Source of the DNA: a virus
Lineage: Duplodnaviria; Caudoviricetes
Strand: one strand, 5' to 3'
DNA length: 43,032 nt
IMG/VR virus record: IMGVR_UViG_3300037602_000058
Coordinates: 1 to 43,032 of that record
Numbering within the stretch: the stretch's first letter is position 1; each line of letters opens with the position of its first letter. Below the pieces are notes generated by a model that did not search any database, had not been told where the DNA came from, and saw only the letters and a program-made list of their open reading frames with translations. Made by a program: the position numbers and the translations under genes. This document shows, piece by piece, positions 1 through 8,589 of the stretch.

Positions 1-298
1 TGCGCGTTTCCTCGAGCGCGTCGCCAAGCGTTTCCGTGAGGTTCGGCCCCGGCTGTTTTTGCAGCCCGGCAAGCCCGGCAAGCGCCGCAGCTTTGGCCAC
101 GCGGACGTTTTCCAGTTCCGCGGTTCGGTCGGAAATCTCGGTTTCCAGCCTCTTTTCGCGCCGCTCGAATTCGATAAGCGATTTCTCGAGCGCGGTAAAA
201 AGCTGTTCCGTCGCCGGGGGTTTCGGTTCGGCCGCGCGCATGGCTTCGGACAGCGACGGGCGTTGCGGCTCAACTGGTCGTTTAGATAAAAGTTTCAT
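1..298 (-). CDS. hypothetical coiled-coil protein, runs off window start (MKLLSKRPVEPQ...)
   Basis: Read by hand: ATG at 298 with AAGGAA RBS, open to position 1. If the window is circular it ends ...EETRRTEG* at 43019. Confidence 0.7.
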   Translation of the reverse strand, partial: MKLLSKRPVEPQRPSLSEAMRAAEPKPPATEQLFTALEKSLIEFERREKRLETEISDRTAELENVRVAKAAALAGLAGLQKQPGPNLTETLGDALEETR

Positions 299-567
299 CG
301 TTTCAGTTCCTTGTTAGATTGCTTCGTCGCCGTTTTCGGCCTGGTCGACCCACTGCAGCACGGCTAGGATTTTCTTGCGGTGCGCAACGATCTTTTCGAC
401 GGATATATGCCCCGGGAACCCGGGCATCGGTGCGGGCGGCAGCCCTAGGCCTTCCGCCGATGTGGTGATATTCAAAATTTCGGCTTCGGCGGCCTTGATT
501 TTTGACGGGTGCAGGCCGCCGGCGTTGTCCGCGTAGGCTCTTACGGTTTTCATCGTTTCAGTTCCTT
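293..567. repeat. 20-bp exact direct repeat (293-312, 548-567) spanning RBS and start codon of two adjacent genes
   Basis: tttcatcgtttcagttcctt at both positions (minus strand AAGGAACTGAAACGATGAAA). Confidence 0.95.
314..553 (-). CDS. hypothetical protein (MKTVRAYADNAGG...)
   Basis: Internal ATG of ORF 314..718 with AAGGAA RBS; ATGA overlap with upstream gene. Confidence 0.7.
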   Translation of the reverse strand: MKTVRAYADNAGGLHPSKIKAAEAEILNITTSAEGLGLPPAPMPGFPGHISVEKIVAHRKKILAVLQWVDQAENGDEAI

Positions 568-774
568 CTTTGCTGTTTCGATCGGAATTTCCGCGACCAG
601 CATTGCCAGCATGGCCGCGCGCGTGTTTTCGATGTCCGCGGCCCGCCTCAAATGCGCCGGGCGCGGGTTGGCGGTGAGCTCGAGCCAATACGCTTCGTAT
701 TGCGCCACAAGTTCCCAATGCGTGGCCGCTTTGAGCGCGGCGGCCGTTCGCAGATCGGTCAAGATGTCAGTCAA
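550..774 (-). CDS. hypothetical protein
   Basis: ORF 550..813; TTG start at 774 chosen for overlap with upstream stop, start uncertain. Confidence 0.55.
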   Translation of the reverse strand: MTDILTDLRTAAALKAATHWELVAQYEAYWLELTANPRPAHLRRAADIENTRAAMLAMLVAEIPIETAKKELKR

Positions 775-952
775 TTTCAAGCTCGACGCGACAGCGAACA
801 ATCCGCCACCCATACTTGCGCTTCACTGATCGCCACGGGATCGCCCAATATCTAGTCTCTGCCACGCCCACTAGCTCGCTGCGCGTGCGCGCCGTTTCAA
901 CAATGAAATTTCGCCAATCAACCAGCGCCCACATTTTGGTCATGGCGATCAC
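767..952 (-). CDS. hypothetical protein
   Basis: 61-aa ORF with GTGA overlap to 949..1302; tightly packed operon. Confidence 0.55.
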   Translation of the reverse strand: MIAMTKMWALVDWRNFIVETARTRSELVGVAETRYWAIPWRSVKRKYGWRIVRCRVELEID

Positions 953-1302
953 CCGGCCCGATATTCGGGGCTTTGCGCGAACGCGTGCAGCGCCTCGGCC
1001 GCGTCGAACAGCGTTTCGAAAACCCCAACGCGTGTTCCCCGGCTCGCGGCCTTGAATTCCCCGCCCGCCGTTTCAACCGCGCCGATGCTGTCAAGATCAG
1101 CCTTGGAATATGCGAGCATGCCGGACCCGGCGACAATAAACGTCACTTCCCCAACCCAAATTTCAATCAGGTCAAACCCCGCATCACCATTCTTGCGGAT
1201 TTCGACGGGCTCTTTTCTGTCCGCCGCATTCCGCATCCGGGCCACGGTTCGCGCGGCTTGAAAACTCCCAAATTTCGAATTTCCGACGCTGTAAGTTACC
1301 AT
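949..1302 (-). CDS. hypothetical protein, first gene of a promoter-driven cassette
   Basis: 117 aa; AGGAGTTGGCAAAATG leader; promoter immediately upstream. Confidence 0.75.
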   Translation of the reverse strand: MVTYSVGNSKFGSFQAARTVARMRNAADRKEPVEIRKNGDAGFDLIEIWVGEVTFIVAGSGMLAYSKADLDSIGAVETAGGEFKAASRGTRVGVFETLFDAAEALHAFAQSPEYRAG

Positions 1303-1333
1303 TTTGCCAACTCCTGGTTTGTTTCAGGTTCTA

Positions 1334-1362
1334 GGCATACGCGCATTTGACGGTGCCGTCAA
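1334..1362 (-). promoter_or_regulatory. sigma70-type promoter with overlapping palindromic operator
   Basis: TTGACG-17-TATGCC; palindrome TTGACGG-TG-CCGTCAA at 1347-1362. Confidence 0.75.
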
Positions 1363-1366
1363 GTGC

Positions 1367-2980
1367 CTATAGCGCGTCCAGAAACGACCGTTTGCGGGGC
1401 GCAAAGTCGATCATTACCGCGTCCGCATGGTTCGGGCTCTTGGCGCCGTCCGGGGTCTTGATAACCTGAATTTTACCCGCGGTGGTTTGCTCGAATGTGG
1501 GCTGTGACAACTCTTGAATGACTTTGCCCAGGTCCGGCATTGATCCGTCCAGGCAAATCAGATCGTCCGGCTGGTACCCGTTCAAATTGCCCGCCTCGGC
1601 AGCACGAAACGCACGCTGAAATCGCACGCGCAGTTCCCAATATCCTTGAGCCTTGGCATTCGCGAAATAGTCGCCGTTTTTCCGGGCGTTCTTGTCGCGT
1701 TGCCGATCGGGGTTGGCCGTAGGGATCGGATCATCCGGCTTGAAAACCGCGCCGGATCCGCGAAACGCCGAAACCTTGATCTGCCGGACCTTGGCGTCCG
1801 CACGCGCCTGGTTGATCACGCGGGCGTCGCCCCTCACGCCGGCGCCCAGGCCGTCCGCATCGTACGTGAATTCTTCCAGGTTCTCGTTATCGCAGATTTC
1901 GAAAGCGCGCTGGACCGTGCCAAAAATATCGTCCCCCTTGCCCGTCCACGCGCGCACGCTTTCAACCCGGACGCCGGCGGACGCGCAAAACGCGTTCAAG
2001 TCCACGCCTTCGTCGGCCACGTCGAGCGCCCCCCGCCGTTTGCCGCGAAATTTAATCCCCAGCTTTTTGTCCAGATCAACCGCGGCCTGTATCCATGGCG
2101 CCGGGATCAGAACCCCGTGAACGCTTGCGGTGTATGACAAATCAACCTCTTGCGCCAGCGTCACGGGGTCGAGCTCGTCGCACTGTTTGGCGTACCACTT
2201 TTCGTCTTTGCGGGGGTCGTCGCGCCAATGGAACGTAAAAACCGGGATCTTGCCCGAATGCCGGCGGGTCGCAAAACTGTTCGCCATGCCGTTGGGCGTG
2301 GATATGTCTTGCCGGCAGTTGGTAGTTTGGGAAAGCGACGCGTCGACTTTTTGGGGCCTTTCCAAGAACGCCGCTTCGTCAACGAAATAGATGGACTGGC
2401 GATCGCCGCGGCCGATGCCGTCGCCGGCTTCCCCCTGGATGATCGACCCGGTGGCGGGGAACCGTATTAGCATTTCGACGCTGTCGCGCCGTTCGTCCCA
2501 CCCCTGCCGAAACTCCGGGGGCAGTCGCTTGATAAACTCGCGCGCTTTCCAGAACAACGATTTGGGGCTGCCCAGCTTGTCGACGTATTCCGCCTTGCGC
2601 GAGCCGAAGCCGACGCCCACGCCATCCCGAAACAGGCAAAGTGTTGAGGCGGTCGACACGGATAGCCACGACAAGCCGCAGTCCCGGGATTTTTCGGTAA
2701 CGCCAGGCTCGCGCGATTGCCAGCGCTCGATTATCCATTCAATCCATTCGCGTTGTTTTGGGAACAGCACAAACGGGATGGTGGTTGGCAGCCCTACGTC
2801 GGCGTTGCGCGGGTCGAATGTCACGCCCCAATCGTTGATGAATTCCGCGATGTGGTCGCGATAGTAGGCCCGGACGCCCGGCAGCAACTCCGGGTTTGCC
2901 CGCAACCGCTCGAGCCGTTCCAGGCGCTTCTGAAAAACGGCCACGTAATCGGGGTTTTTCCAATCAAACGGCTGGGTCAC
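1367..2980 (-). CDS. terL: terminase large subunit
   Basis: Walker A-like EKSRDCGLS, Walker B YFVDEAAF, RNase H-like ALDVADEG and SPNHADAV; N-terminus PFDWKNPDY typical of Bcep781-like TerL. Confidence 0.95.
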   Translation of the reverse strand: MTQPFDWKNPDYVAVFQKRLERLERLRANPELLPGVRAYYRDHIAEFINDWGVTFDPRNADVGLPTTIPFVLFPKQREWIEWIIERWQSREPGVTEKSRDCGLSWLSVSTASTLCLFRDGVGVGFGSRKAEYVDKLGSPKSLFWKAREFIKRLPPEFRQGWDERRDSVEMLIRFPATGSIIQGEAGDGIGRGDRQSIYFVDEAAFLERPQKVDASLSQTTNCRQDISTPNGMANSFATRRHSGKIPVFTFHWRDDPRKDEKWYAKQCDELDPVTLAQEVDLSYTASVHGVLIPAPWIQAAVDLDKKLGIKFRGKRRGALDVADEGVDLNAFCASAGVRVESVRAWTGKGDDIFGTVQRAFEICDNENLEEFTYDADGLGAGVRGDARVINQARADAKVRQIKVSAFRGSGAVFKPDDPIPTANPDRQRDKNARKNGDYFANAKAQGYWELRVRFQRAFRAAEAGNLNGYQPDDLICLDGSMPDLGKVIQELSQPTFEQTTAGKIQVIKTPDGAKSPNHADAVMIDFAPRKRSFLDAL

Positions 2981-3236
2981 GGGCCGCCTTATATTTATCC
3001 CACAAAATCAGCAAAATTTTTGCGCGCGCCCACTCCTGCGGTACTTTAGACCACGGGCGGTCTAGTATGATGGCGATCGCCTCGCACGGCGAAAGACCGC
3101 CCCGAGACGCCAACCTTTTCAGCGTTTGACTATGGTTTTTTTGCGCCTGGGCTTCGTGGGGTTCGAGAACGGACCACGGAATGGCGCGCAAAATCGGATC
3201 GCTCAAAATCGGAAACATGGGTTCCTCTTCTCTCAT
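2964..3236 (-). CDS. hypothetical protein ([11 protein letters not shown]...)
   Basis: ATGA overlap with upstream gene; [26 protein letters not shown] resembles a recurrent small phage protein. Confidence 0.65.
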   Translation of the reverse strand: MREEEPMFPILSDPILRAIPWSVLEPHEAQAQKNHSQTLKRLASRGGLSPCEAIAIILDRPWSKVPQEWARAKILLILWDKYKAARDPAV

Positions 3237-3499
3237 GGCCCGAACCCCCGCCGATCGGCGAAACGCTCCTGGTACCGTTCGCGGTACGGGATCGCGCCGG
3301 CTTCGACCGCGCCGCAAATAATGCGGCTATTCCACCGCGCGTGGTTTTCCATGCCCAGCGCGACGCCGCCCGGTTCATCGTGAACCCCCGTCGCCCGCCA
3401 TATTTCCGCAACCCGAAGACGGGCTGCCTTTGGGCGAACCAGCCACATAAGCCGGATCATGCCGCGCGCCGCCGGCTCGTTTCGCTTGTCGGTCACCAT
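3233..3499 (-). CDS. hypothetical protein
   Basis: 88-aa ORF overlapping both neighbours in operon fashion. Confidence 0.55.
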   Translation of the reverse strand: MVTDKRNEPAARGMIRLMWLVRPKAARLRVAEIWRATGVHDEPGGVALGMENHARWNSRIICGAVEAGAIPYRERYQERFADRRGFGP

Positions 3500-3942
3500 C
3501 GCCGCACCCCCACGAAAAACAGTTCGGTCAAACCGCGTAAGCTGTCGTTTTCGATCTTTGACGGGCGGCTGTCGCCCAGGGTATCACTGCAAAATTGCTC
3601 GAGCAATGCAACGGCCTGCGCCCATTCGGTGCGGAATTCCTCGAGCTCGTCTTTTTCCTTACCGGCAAGCGTTTTGGCCTCTTGCAGTTCTGCGATCAAC
3701 TCGCATTGCTGCGCGATCAACTCGGCCATGGGGTCGACGGGAGCCGGCGCGGCTGGCGCTGGGGGCGGCCCGTCTTCGATCACTTCCAGCAATCCGTTCG
3801 CAATCGACCCCTTACCGTCGCATTGAACCGATTTGGGGGATGTGTGTGCGGTGACCACACCCACCCAATCCGAACGGTTGTATTTCGAGCCCCACCGGAC
3901 GCGGGACCCGATCGGGATGGGGTTGACGGGCGGCGCGTTCAT
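3493..3942 (-). CDS. hypothetical protein with SH3-like N-terminus and coiled coil
   Basis: ATG 3942 (ATGA overlap); IPIGSRVRW...GVV, Pro linker, acidic helix. Confidence 0.65.
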   Translation of the reverse strand: MNAPPVNPIPIGSRVRWGSKYNRSDWVGVVTAHTSPKSVQCDGKGSIANGLLEVIEDGPPPAPAAPAPVDPMAELIAQQCELIAELQEAKTLAGKEKDELEEFRTEWAQAVALLEQFCSDTLGDSRPSKIENDSLRGLTELFFVGVRRW

Positions 3943-4046
3943 GACAGCCCCCACACCACCAACCGCCCTAGACAATCAACGACGCCCACCGCGGCGAAGA
4001 ACCCTATAAAGGCCTCACGCGCCGCGCGCTTTATCCGCCCGTTCAT
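3939..4046 (-). CDS. small hydrophobic protein (35 aa)
   Basis: MNGRIKRAAREAFIGFFAAVGVVDC...; ATGA overlaps at both ends. Confidence 0.5.
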   Translation of the reverse strand: MNGRIKRAAREAFIGFFAAVGVVDCLGRLVVWGLS

Positions 4047-4501
4047 CGTTCCCAATTCCCGTTCTGGATTTCCAGATTGGACGCCATCATGCCGCGGTAA
4101 GCTTCCATGAACGCGTCTTGGATCGCCTGCAGCACGAACGGGTGCGGGTCGGTCGGCAACCCCGGATGGTGCCGCACGATCGCGGCATACGCGCGGCCCG
4201 CCTTGCCTGACAGAATGTCCCGCATCGCCGGCGACGGCTCGAGCGGCACCGCAACGAATGTTTCGGGCGTGTGCGGGGTGTCGCCATAAAGCGCTTCGTT
4301 GACGCGCGCCATGGCCCCTTGTTCCGGCTCGTATTCGGGCCAAAGGTTCAACGCCTCGTAAGCGCCTGGGACTTTCGCGAGCTCCTGCGCGCGATCGAAA
4401 CCGGTAACAAACGCATGCTTGAGCGCGTCGGAAAGATCGCGCGGCCGCAGTTTATCGCGCGCCGAAACCTTGTTTCCCATGCTGTCAAATGTGGATGCCA
4501 T
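4043..4501 (-). CDS. hypothetical protein, first gene of cassette between terS and terL
   Basis: 152 aa; AGGAGTTGGCACAATG leader. Confidence 0.75.
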   Translation of the reverse strand: MASTFDSMGNKVSARDKLRPRDLSDALKHAFVTGFDRAQELAKVPGAYEALNLWPEYEPEQGAMARVNEALYGDTPHTPETFVAVPLEPSPAMRDILSGKAGRAYAAIVRHHPGLPTDPHPFVLQAIQDAFMEAYRGMMASNLEIQNGNWER

Positions 4502-4550
4502 TGTGCCAACTCCTGGAATTGATGGTTGACGGGGTGCGCCCCGCCGCCTT

Positions 4551-4566
4551 TTGACGCTTACGTCAT
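4551..4566. promoter_or_regulatory. palindromic operator-like site
   Basis: TTGACG-CTTA-CGTCAT directly after the terS stop. Confidence 0.65.
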
Positions 4567-5331
4567 TTAAGCCGTTCCGTCAACCATCTTTGCATAGGCC
4601 TCGGCCGCTTCCCGGGGGTCGGTCGTGGTAAGTTGCAGCGATTTTACCTTGGCTTCCATGTCGAGCCGCAGTTTATCGTCAAAGGCGCCCAGGATCCGGC
4701 CGATTTGCTCAAGCGCCTTGTCCTGGTTGGCAAACAGCACCTTTATCCCGTCCTTGGTTTGCTGGACCCCCCGGTACAACATGCGCGCGCCTGGCGACAG
4801 TTTGGTGGTATCCATGGGCACAATGCGGGTTACCCCCTCGCCCTCGCACTCGGCGCATTCCGGGTTCGGGTCGACCGAAAAACGATAGCCGAAGCCGCCG
4901 GCAATGTCGGGCATGGGCACGAGGGCGCCGGTCTTGTCGTTGGGCATCTTTTCCCATTCTGCCAGCGCCTCGAGATATTCCCGCTCTTTCCAATGGTAGC
5001 GGCCGCCGACGCCCCAGCAATGCCGGCACGCCCCAATTCGCTGCGAAATCAATTCGTTAGGATCGACGAAAGCAATTGCGATGTAGGTTTCCATGAGTTT
5101 TCGCGCGTCGAATTCAACGGCTTTTTGGGCCGCTTGCTGCCTTGCCAGCTGCAAAGCCTGGACGCGTAGGGCCACGTTAGGGGCATCCGCCAAACGCGAC
5201 GCCTCGACCCGCACGGCCTCAACGGACATGTTCTTGGCGTCGTACGCTTCCCGGTAAGCGGCGGTTTGGTTCAAACCCTCCGCGCCCACTAGGTGCGCAA
5301 ACCGTTCCTGCTTTTTCGTCAACGCTTTCAT
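4567..5331 (-). CDS. terS: terminase small subunit with Cys4 (Zn-finger-like) insertion
   Basis: LTKKQERFA...NQTAAYREAY...VEASRL HTH typical of TerS; CRHCWG...CAECEG; upstream of terL; start moved to ATG 5331. Confidence 0.9.
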   Translation of the reverse strand: MKALTKKQERFAHLVGAEGLNQTAAYREAYDAKNMSVEAVRVEASRLADAPNVALRVQALQLARQQAAQKAVEFDARKLMETYIAIAFVDPNELISQRIGACRHCWGVGGRYHWKEREYLEALAEWEKMPNDKTGALVPMPDIAGGFGYRFSVDPNPECAECEGEGVTRIVPMDTTKLSPGARMLYRGVQQTKDGIKVLFANQDKALEQIGRILGAFDDKLRLDMEAKVKSLQLTTTDPREAAEAYAKMVDGTA

Positions 5332-5338
5332 AGCCACA

Positions 5339-5367
5339 CATATGGCGAATTTTGCGCACTCGGTCAA
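5339..5367 (-). promoter_or_regulatory. putative terS promoter (possibly leaderless mRNA)
   Basis: TTGACC-17-CATATG, ATG 7 nt downstream, no SD. Confidence 0.5.
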
Positions 5368-5368
5368 C

Positions 5369-5720
5369 AAAGCCCGTACTGGCCCGTATAAAGCCCGTAC
5401 TTTTCGTTCGTTAGGGCTTTTCTATTTTAACATATATTTCAATTACTTAACACCCCTATAATACCTAATAATATGAAAAGCCCGTACAAACCCAAACCGC
5501 ATGTATGGAAAGCATAACTAGTTAGTCGTTATAGGCCCATTAACTAATTAGGTATTTTACCGGCTTCCGGTTTGGCTGGTACGGGCTTTTTGGGGGCGTC
5601 CGCATAAGTTATTGAAAACCAAGCGGTTTAACAGGCCCGTACGAACGGTTAAATTTGCTAGGTATTATAGGGTTGACCGCCTAAGCCCCGCGCTTTACAA
5701 AACAGCCGGGAAAAACGGAA
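5369..5720. other. AT-rich non-coding region with direct and inverted repeats; putative replication origin or pac region
   Basis: GCCCGTA copies at 5369-5379, 5381-5389, 5390-5400, 5476-5487, 5633-5642 and inverted at 5579-5590; IRs at 5454-5467/5659-5672 and 5437-5449/5605-5617. Confidence 0.6.
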
Positions 5721-5729
5721 AATATAGTT

Positions 5730-6389
5730 ATGCAAAAACAGCTGCAGAAATACCAGGTACTTTTAGACCCGTCAGGCAAAAGCGTTTCGGTGGGGTATTG
5801 GCCGCAGCCCGGGTTTACCGTTTTGAACGAATTCGACGACATGGACAGCGCCAAGCGCGCCGCCGCCAGCTGGGCCGCCGTCTCTTACGAAATCGGCATG
5901 CTGCAACGGTGGTTCGCCCGGTTGAACCCGGACGCGGGTCTGGCATCGGTTTTTGATCTCCATCAAGTCCCGCCGCGCGACATCACGCCCGATGCGACAC
6001 AAGAGATATACCAGACCGTCGTGGGCATCTTTGAAGCCCTGGTTATGGCAGAGCCCGGGACGATGCTGGAAAAATTCCAGCGCATGGGCGGCTCGCCTTT
6101 GCTGGCGCACTTTTGCGGCGTCCGTTCGACCCCTCTAACGCCCCGGGAACGCGCCATGTTCCTGCAGCAAGAGCAAACGGGGCACCGGACCGAAGACGCC
6201 GGGACCGTCGCGCGGGTGGCGAATGACCGCCGTTCCAAGCTGGTTATTGAGCCCGCCACGGGCCGGACGTGGTCGAGTGCTGCCGATTTGGCCCGCGAAC
6301 TGGGTTGCCACCCCGTTTCGCTTTATGCTCACTTGGGCGCCCGGAGAACACCGGCCACGATCTATAAAAGGGCGTTTGAATATGCGTAA
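5730..6389 (+). CDS. hypothetical protein with C-terminal NUMOD1-like HTH
   Basis: 219 aa; C-terminal LVIEPATGRTWSSAADLARELGCHPVSLYAHL. Confidence 0.7.
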   Translation: MQKQLQKYQVLLDPSGKSVSVGYWPQPGFTVLNEFDDMDSAKRAAASWAAVSYEIGMLQRWFARLNPDAGLASVFDLHQVPPRDITPDATQEIYQTVVGIFEALVMAEPGTMLEKFQRMGGSPLLAHFCGVRSTPLTPRERAMFLQQEQTGHRTEDAGTVARVANDRRSKLVIEPATGRTWSSAADLARELGCHPVSLYAHLGARRTPATIYKRAFEYA

Positions 6390-6834
6390 CCAGATAATCA
6401 CACTTGCGGCCGCTCTTGCGTTGTCGGGGTGCGTCACCGGCGCCCCGTCCGGATATGGGGACCTTTCGAAGATTGCCGCCGGCTATTCCGGATTGCACGA
6501 ACGCACGGACCGGAAAAAGCTTTCCCGCCTGGTTGGCGTCGACCCGACCCGTGTGCCTTGGTGCGGGGCCTTCGCTGCGGCCGTGGCGGGCAAGGCGGGA
6601 TACGAGCCCCCGCGGCACCATTTGGCGGCGATCAGCTGGACCCGGTTTGGCCGTCCCGTCAAGTTGTCAAAAGCGCGGCCCGGCGATGTCGTCGTGATGC
6701 GCAACCACGTAACATTTTTTACGCGCTCGAGCCGCGGCCGCGTCTGCGGCATCGGCGGAAATCAAGGCAACGCGGTTCGGGAAAGCTGCTATTCGGCCGG
6801 GCGCGTCAAAGCCGTGAGGCGGCCCGTTTCATGA
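6382..6834 (+). CDS. lipoprotein, NlpC/P60-CHAP-like (TIGR02594-like) peptidase
   Basis: Start ATG 6382; lipobox ALSGC; PWCGAF (Cys), GDVVV..HVTFF (His), GGNQGNAV. Confidence 0.85.
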   Translation: MRNQIITLAAALALSGCVTGAPSGYGDLSKIAAGYSGLHERTDRKKLSRLVGVDPTRVPWCGAFAAAVAGKAGYEPPRHHLAAISWTRFGRPVKLSKARPGDVVVMRNHVTFFTRSSRGRVCGIGGNQGNAVRESCYSAGRVKAVRRPVS

Positions 6835-6970
6835 TGCGCAGGGCCTTCGCGATCCACACCATAATGCGGATTTCCTTTTGCAGCCACTTCGGCTTAGGGC
6901 GCCCCCAATAATAGACCAGAACGGCAATCAGGATCGCCGCGTCTAGTATCATCAATTCAGCCCACGGCAT
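6806..6970 (-). CDS. small membrane protein (54 aa)
   Basis: Read by hand: GGAGG RBS, MPWAELMILDAAILIAVLVYYWGRPKPKW... Confidence 0.6.
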   Translation of the reverse strand: MPWAELMILDAAILIAVLVYYWGRPKPKWLQKEIRIMVWIAKALRIMKRAASRL

Positions 6971-7385
6971 TGCGCGCCCTCCGGATCCCGATCGCGAGAA
7001 CCAACCATACCAGCCACGCCGCGCAACTTACGAGTGTCCAATAGTCGCGGCCCGGCCCCTGCTGAAAAGTTATCACAAGCCAACCTTTGGCCGCAAACCC
7101 TGTAAACATGGGGATCAGCGCAAACAAAATTCCGGTAAGCAAGCCCAGGGTTGTATAACGAAAGAAGAGGTGCGCCCCGGCAATTACGGACGCCATCACG
7201 GCGACGGCATAGGCGGCTTCTAGCCCGGGGCCATAAAGGCCAATGTAAAATCGCGCCATGCCGTGAAACACGACCAGCGCAAAAACAGTCGAAACCGCCG
7301 CAAGCCGTATCGGGGAATTCCAGGCATAGACCCCCAACCAGGTAACAGCGGCGATTTCGACAATGTCAAAAATCGTGAGGTTCAA
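6957..7385 (-). CDS. multi-pass membrane protein
   Basis: 142 aa, about 5 hydrophobic segments. Confidence 0.7.
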   Translation of the reverse strand: MNLTIFDIVEIAAVTWLGVYAWNSPIRLAAVSTVFALVVFHGMARFYIGLYGPGLEAAYAVAVMASVIAGAHLFFRYTTLGLLTGILFALIPMFTGFAAKGWLVITFQQGPGRDYWTLVSCAAWLVWLVLAIGIRRARNAVG

Positions 7386-7658
7386 CTAGGTCCCGATCCG
7401 CAGGACCGCCCCGTCCGTGTGCCGGCTGACACGCTCATGCAACGCGGTTTTGGACGTTTCCAGCTTGTCCATGCGCCGGGCGGCGTGTTCCAGATCCTTT
7501 TCGATCTGGTCGAGCTCTTCGGCCGGCAGCAGGTTTTCGGCCCGGGCGGCGTCAATGGCGGCATCCATGCTGGTAACACCCGCCTTGAAACTGGCGATGG
7601 CCGCGGTCATGAGGTGCAGCGCGTTGGCCGCCTGGTTATGCACTGATTTCTTGGACAT
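7386..7658 (-). CDS. hypothetical coiled-coil protein
   Basis: 90 aa; GGAGAAAAACCC-ATG RBS. Confidence 0.7.
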   Translation of the reverse strand: MSKKSVHNQAANALHLMTAAIASFKAGVTSMDAAIDAARAENLLPAEELDQIEKDLEHAARRMDKLETSKTALHERVSRHTDGAVLRIGT

Positions 7659-7673
7659 GGGTTTTTCTCCGGG

Positions 7674-7853
7674 TTATTTCTTGTCACGCCCAAAAAAGGC
7701 GGCAAGCTTGGAAATGTCGATTGGCATCAACAGATATGGCGCCATCAGCAAAACCGACGGCAAGTCCTTCACATAAGCATGTATGTAAAGCATTACCCCG
7801 GCAAGTGCTGTCGCAACAACAAATTTGACATAATCGAAAAAAGAGGGCTTCAC
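7674..7853 (-). CDS. small membrane protein (59 aa)
   Basis: Read by hand: GTG start overlapping upstream TGA; KFVVATALAGVMLYIHAY...FFGRDKK. Confidence 0.6.
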   Translation of the reverse strand: MKPSFFDYVKFVVATALAGVMLYIHAYVKDLPSVLLMAPYLLMPIDISKLAAFFGRDKK

Positions 7854-8014
7854 CGCTTCCCGTCAATCTTTTTCTGGATGGCGCGGCCCATGAGAACGAA
7901 CAGCGCCGCGGCGATGATCATTGTAAGCAGAACGGGTAAAACGCCGTGATTTTTGGCGACTTCGACACAATAGAGCGCCACCGCGCTGCAGACTATGACG
8001 GCCGAATTGTTCAT
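7850..8014 (-). CDS. small membrane protein (54 aa)
   Basis: Read by hand: ATGA overlap with o-spanin; GVLPVLLTMIIAAALFVLMGR. Confidence 0.6.
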   Translation of the reverse strand: MNNSAVIVCSAVALYCVEVAKNHGVLPVLLTMIIAAALFVLMGRAIQKKIDGKR

Positions 8015-8238
8015 TGGGTTGCAATGTCCTGTTTGCGGTAAAACTGATCAAGCCGGATAACCCACGCGGCGGCGCTGGCATCGGCCCGGGCGACTTTTTC
8101 GAGCGCGTCCACGACGGACGGCGGCGGATCCGGAAGCTTAGGCCCGATCGTCGGAACGCGACCGCTCACGCAGCCGGTCAATAGAACCGTCAAGATCAGG
8201 GCTTTCCCCGTCAATGTGATCATATTTGACTTGCGCAT
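8011..8238 (-). CDS. o-spanin (Rz1-like lipoprotein)
   Basis: Lipobox LLTGC, Pro-rich mature part, overlaps the i-spanin 3' end; true start probably 8223 or 8214. Confidence 0.75.
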   Translation of the reverse strand: MRKSNMITLTGKALILTVLLTGCVSGRVPTIGPKLPDPPPSVVDALEKVARADASAAAWVIRLDQFYRKQDIATQ

Positions 8239-8365
8239 CGGCTTCCGCTTTCATTTGTTTGGCGCGAGCTCGATCGGCGCCAACCCCGGTTCCTTTGAGA
8301 AACGCGGCGAATATGGCGCCGATCGCAGCAACAACCGCGCCAGCAATCAGCGCTAGAGTTGTCAT
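8138..8365 (-). CDS. i-spanin (Rz-like)
   Basis: MTTLALIAGAVVAAIGAIFAAF N-terminal TM then charged helix; follows holin. Confidence 0.75.
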   Translation of the reverse strand: MTTLALIAGAVVAAIGAIFAAFLKGTGVGADRARAKQMKAEADAQVKYDHIDGESPDLDGSIDRLRERSRSDDRA

Positions 8366-8559
8366 GTAGCCCACCCGAACCGCTTGGCAAGCCGCCACCA
8401 CAACCAGGACGCGCCCGCAACAACGGCGGACAGCGCGGCCTGCACCATGGCGGCGGCTTCGGGGTCGTTGGTCAGCACGTCGCGGATTTCCGCGCTCACG
8501 TACCCGGACGAAAACAGCCACCCGGCGACGATGTAAAGCAGAATGCGGACGTGAACCAT
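8362..8559 (-). CDS. putative holin
   Basis: 65 aa, two hydrophobic segments, basic C-terminus; between endolysin and spanins. Confidence 0.7.
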   Translation of the reverse strand: MVHVRILLYIVAGWLFSSGYVSAEIRDVLTNDPEAAAMVQAALSAVVAGASWLWWRLAKRFGWAT

Positions 8560-8589
8560 GGGAAGACCTCGTTTCGGATTTCGGGCAAT

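Noticed and set aside
5437-5617. attP/integration site
   Set aside because: No integrase or recombinase recognised anywhere in the window.
5427-5652. CtrA boxes (TTAA-N7-TTAA) in the AT-rich region
   Set aside because: TTAA half-sites are present but I found no correctly spaced full pair.
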